Assembly (NCBI GenBank): GCA_010015805.1
Contig: ML978138.1
Coordinates: 248,001 to 312,000, forward strand
Length of the DNA: 64,000 bases
From: Rhizodiscina lignyota
Taxonomy: Eukaryota
Direction: 5' to 3'
In this document: positions 60,448 to 64,000 of the stretch, piece by piece
How the letters are laid out: every line of letters begins with the position of its first letter
Position numbering within the stretch: position 1 is the first letter of the stretch
Translations under genes and position numbers: made by a program
Notes under the pieces: model-generated
Told to the model about the DNA's origin: nothing
The model's database searches: none
Seen by the model: only the letters and a program-made list of their open reading frames with translations

Positions 60448-61544
60448 TTAGAACGCAAGTTCAACCCTCTCCCCAGGGGCCACTGGTCGGCCCATCGTCA
60501 CCATTGCTTTCTTCTCTTGAAGCTCCATCACGATGTTGAACAAGGTCGCACTCGTCGTCGTCGGCGGTGCTTCATATCTGCAAATCGCTCCAGGAAGACC
60601 CTGCTCGTCTTTGAAGATGTTGAAAACGTTGTCAAAGTTCAGCTCGTCTTCTTTCAGCTCATTAGAGAGCTCCTCAATCCTCTTTATTCTGTCTTTGCTG
60701 TCTGCCAGGATCTGGTTCTCCTTGATTCCGTGCGTTTTCACGTAGTGGTTTGAATGGAACACGCGTCCTTGGGTGTCCATCTCGATCTTCTTTCCGTCGA
60801 CACTGGACCACTCAATGCCGATTCCGCCATCTTTCGCATCAGCGAGGAGATAGTGGCACGCGCTTGCAACGTCGTACTTCTCCAACTTCGCAACTGCTTC
60901 CTCTTTACTTTCACTTTCCAGTGCAAGCCTGAGTCCGAGATGACATGGAATCCGCGTGATGTCCATCCCCTTCGCTCTTATCGCATTCAAGCAGATGCCC
61001 ACACCCTTACTATTTAGCCCGATCTTGCCAATCAGGCCCGCCTCAGATACCATCTTAATCGACGGCTTCCCCTCCTGCTCGATATGCAGCACTACAATAT
61101 TGGGCTTTTGCGCCTCTTGCCAGTCCCAGTTCTGCGCGAGCCAGCTCTTGCCACCGCTCGTCTTCCACGACAGCGCGGTGCAGCCGTCGGTGAAGAGGCC
61201 GAAGTTGATCTCCGTGCGCACGTTGATGGCGATGATATCGGCGAGCGTTTTATCGGCACCATCCGCGACGCCTTGCATCTCTTCCCAGTACGCGGGCCAC
61301 TTCTTCTTGATCACGGGCTCGAAGTCCATTGCGGTCTTGGTGACGGCGGGCCAGTCAAGCTTGGCATTGTCGCGAAAGAGACCTGCGTAAAAGTTGATTG
61401 TGCCGGAGATTTGGGGTGCAGCGGCGCGGCCATGTTGGAGGCCGATCTGGTGGACATATCAGAATGTATATTTCAATAAGATAGTGCCTTAAGAAACTCC
61501 ATGAATACCTCATATGGCGTCCCTGAACAGTGTATCTCAAGCAT
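60448..61544 (-). CDS. Peptidase C45 / acyl-CoA:6-APA acyltransferase-like Ntn hydrolase
   Basis: MLEIHCSGTPYE|IGLQHG, INVRTEI, autoprocessing site DG^CT, AQNWDW, EAGLIGKIGLN, HSNHY, TLFNIVM. Confidence 0.9.
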
Positions 61545-62526
61545 GCTGATCGCTGGTAAGATGTGATGTAGTAATGTTACAGTTGAAGGCCCTTCGACGA
61601 TGTATTCAAGAGGAAGGGAAGTAATTGTAGGAAGACAAATTGATTTCTGTATGATAATCGTTCATTACCGATGAGCTTTGGAGATACGCGCTCATCGCCC
61701 CGCGTCGCGCATCCAAGCTGCCGATTACCCGTTACGTGTTACGAGATAGAAAGGATGTGGTATATGAATAAAATACCCGCAAGATTACCACTTTAGGTAG
61801 GCTGAAGACCTGTCTTATGTTCACTTCTTATCGATCTTTGTATGGCTGGTGTTTACGGAAGGGTTGGAAACCTCTGAAAGTAGAAGGTGAATTGAAAGAG
61901 TCTTTTTTGTGTACAATATGTAGGGAATTGCCAGCAAGGGATACTTATACAACCCGAGATAAGCTTCAGGAACCGTAACTAGCACACATAGGGGTATATG
62001 AGAGAGGTATCTTTGGGCCATGCATGAGGCAAGATGCAGTTGGAGATGCAAGACTGCGGCTCAAAATTCCAGGCGGGTCCGTACCCGGGCGGCGGGTAGC
62101 TGCGCCCCAAAACCGGTGGATCTTCGGGTGCTTCTCGCCCCCTTTCCCTTCCAAGTTTTCTTCAGCTGGCAGCACGAGTTGAGTATTCTCCAGTCACTTT
62201 GCATAGCGGCCTTTGATCTCGATTTCATCATCTCATCGCCTGCATAGGAATGCCTGTATTAATAGCTGATGCCCTACGATAACAGCGGTAAGGGAACGCT
62301 CACCTGACACCAGGCACCTGTGACCTCTCCTGCGCCTCGTGCTTGTGTGGAAGCTAACGTGTTCATCTTCACCAGTTGGTTTGGACGCGCTGAAATCTTA
62401 ACATCAATCTCCTCTTACTCTCAAGCTCCAATCTCAAGTTTCCTCTTGTGTCTGCTCCGGTTTTATTACATAGCCCTTCTATTTTACCGTCTCGTCTGCG
62501 CACCTGATCTTAAGCAAGTTGCAACG

Positions 62527-62995
62527 ATGCTGGGTTATAATTTCGAATCAGAATTCCCAGACGTCGCAGATCACAATTCCGGCATGTCCACTGGAGCGAC
62601 AAGTTCACTTCCCGTTCAGTCATATAAGCGTGCCCATGCTTTGGAGTGGTTACACAATCAGGTCGCCGATGCGAACCCGCCAGAGTCGACGTCGACGTCC
62701 TTCGCACACCTGGATCGCCGTAAACCCGTCTATATACCGATAGAGGACAACCAGAAAAGCTGGGAAATCTTAAGTTTTGGAAAGATTCCTTTACCCGGAC
62801 AAGAAACCACTACTCTCGATTCAGAGGTTGGATACTACTGAATTCGATATATTGCTCGGCGCACAAGTTTCCTCCGGCGAGGGAATTGCGGCAAGCGAGT
62901 CACCTGGCTCACTTCAAACCGCCCAAGAATCAGATTGGATACCCTTAGAGTCTTTTGCTCTCGACCGCTCCGAGCTTTTAGAAATTGGCGACTAG
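62527..62995 (+). other. Possible degraded or hypothetical coding fragment
   Basis: Two overlapping short ORFs with protein-like composition but no recognisable motif. Downstream sequence is stop-rich and becomes TA-rich toward the window end. Confidence 0.25.
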
Positions 62996-64000
62996 CCTGT
63001 GGGCGGCATAGATCACCAATACCTCCATTGGCTGATGTTGTATCACCCCTGCCGCTTGCCTTATACCAACATTTGAGCAGGATGAACCGAAGCAACAGAG
63101 GTATACCTCATTAGGGAAGCCGGGAGGTATCGCAAGGCGAAATATGCTGGTCACGCTACCCGCACGCCCTGGCGGACAATCGTAATACTTTAGGGCGGCG
63201 AAGTAAACAGGCCTTCAGCCCGGCCATACTCACCGAGAAGGTTAACCCACGAAGTCGCGTCTCATCAAAAAACCACCTCATTCCCGCCGTATCCTGACGG
63301 ATTCAGCCAACTGCCAAATTCAGGCACAACATTCTTGGTCTTCGGAAATTGGCAAGAAGACTTGCACATCCTTCGTTAGCCCTATCGTACAGCCGAATCT
63401 CCTATCTGCCTAGATCGACAATTTATCTCTTGCATCATCCCGCCTTCTGCGGGGGTAGGGTTATTGAACCGGCTGGGTAAACGTTAAACCTGCTCGTGCT
63501 TTTCGTGGCATGTGGGGCATCACCCAGCAAAACAAAAGAGTAAGGCAGCATGTCTCTATCAACTATCGAGAACGGTTCTGTTTCCTGATCCATGCGTCCC
63601 ATAGGTTGCTTTCGAGAACCTGGAGAAGCCGAACGAGATATTCATATTTTTATAGCGCCTCAACACGATGTCACGATCAAATTCCTTTGATAAGACATAT
63701 CGCTGTCTTCAAGTTCCAGGAGCAGTGTCCTTACCAGTCAGCTCACGTTCATGTCGCCTTGCCCGCTCCTCCTCTCAATATTCAGATATGACTACATATT
63801 TCGTATTACTTCGATGTTCAAGGTACATAAGGGCGAAGTTTGGACAGAGCTTAGGGTTTCTCCTGCATGTACTTTATATAGTATTAGGCTAGTCCTATAT
63901 AGGGATAGTCTAGCCCAATGAAGCTAGCAACATAGATATCTCAGGAATAGGATTAAATCATCTATCCAGAAAAAGTAGTAGCCGGAATAAGTAATTCACA

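Noticed and set aside
45850..61544. Secondary-metabolite gene cluster (MBOAT, lyase, C45 acyltransferase)
   Set aside because: No PKS, NRPS or terpene synthase, and the genes are separated by housekeeping loci.

Overview
Eukaryotic DNA from a filamentous ascomycete (Pezizomycotina; short GT-AG introns with CTRAC-type branch points). It is gene-dense, with about 28 loci. Housekeeping genes (ROK1-like helicase, AIM6, SFK1-like, SRR1/BER1-like, TGL2-like lipase, VMA10, PET117, SLN1/TcsB hybrid kinase, GNT1-like GT8, TM9SF, DNF3-like flippase, HRD3/SEL1) are interleaved with accessory genes (AKR + Zn2Cys6 pair, HeLo-like protein, small secreted protein, DUF6594, cutinase-like, broken HET gene, MBOAT, bacterial-type argininosuccinate lyase homologue, AAA ATPase, C45 acyltransferase). 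The most striking unexplained structure is a non-coding array at about 32.39-32.84 kb with a ~50-51 bp period. It alternates telomere-like palindromes (TAGGGTT-N2-4-AACCCTA) with a second palindrome (GTAACAGTT-N11-AACTGTTAC) and lies between two convergent gene ends. Other highlights: a 2-nt micro-exon needed to build the lipase nucleophile motif, an orphan gene built from duplicated phase-0 intron+exon cassettes, a probable bacterial HGT lyase, a pepsin-fold membrane protein lacking catalytic motifs, and a KDEL-tailed cutinase. All gene models were spliced by eye and no database searches were run.
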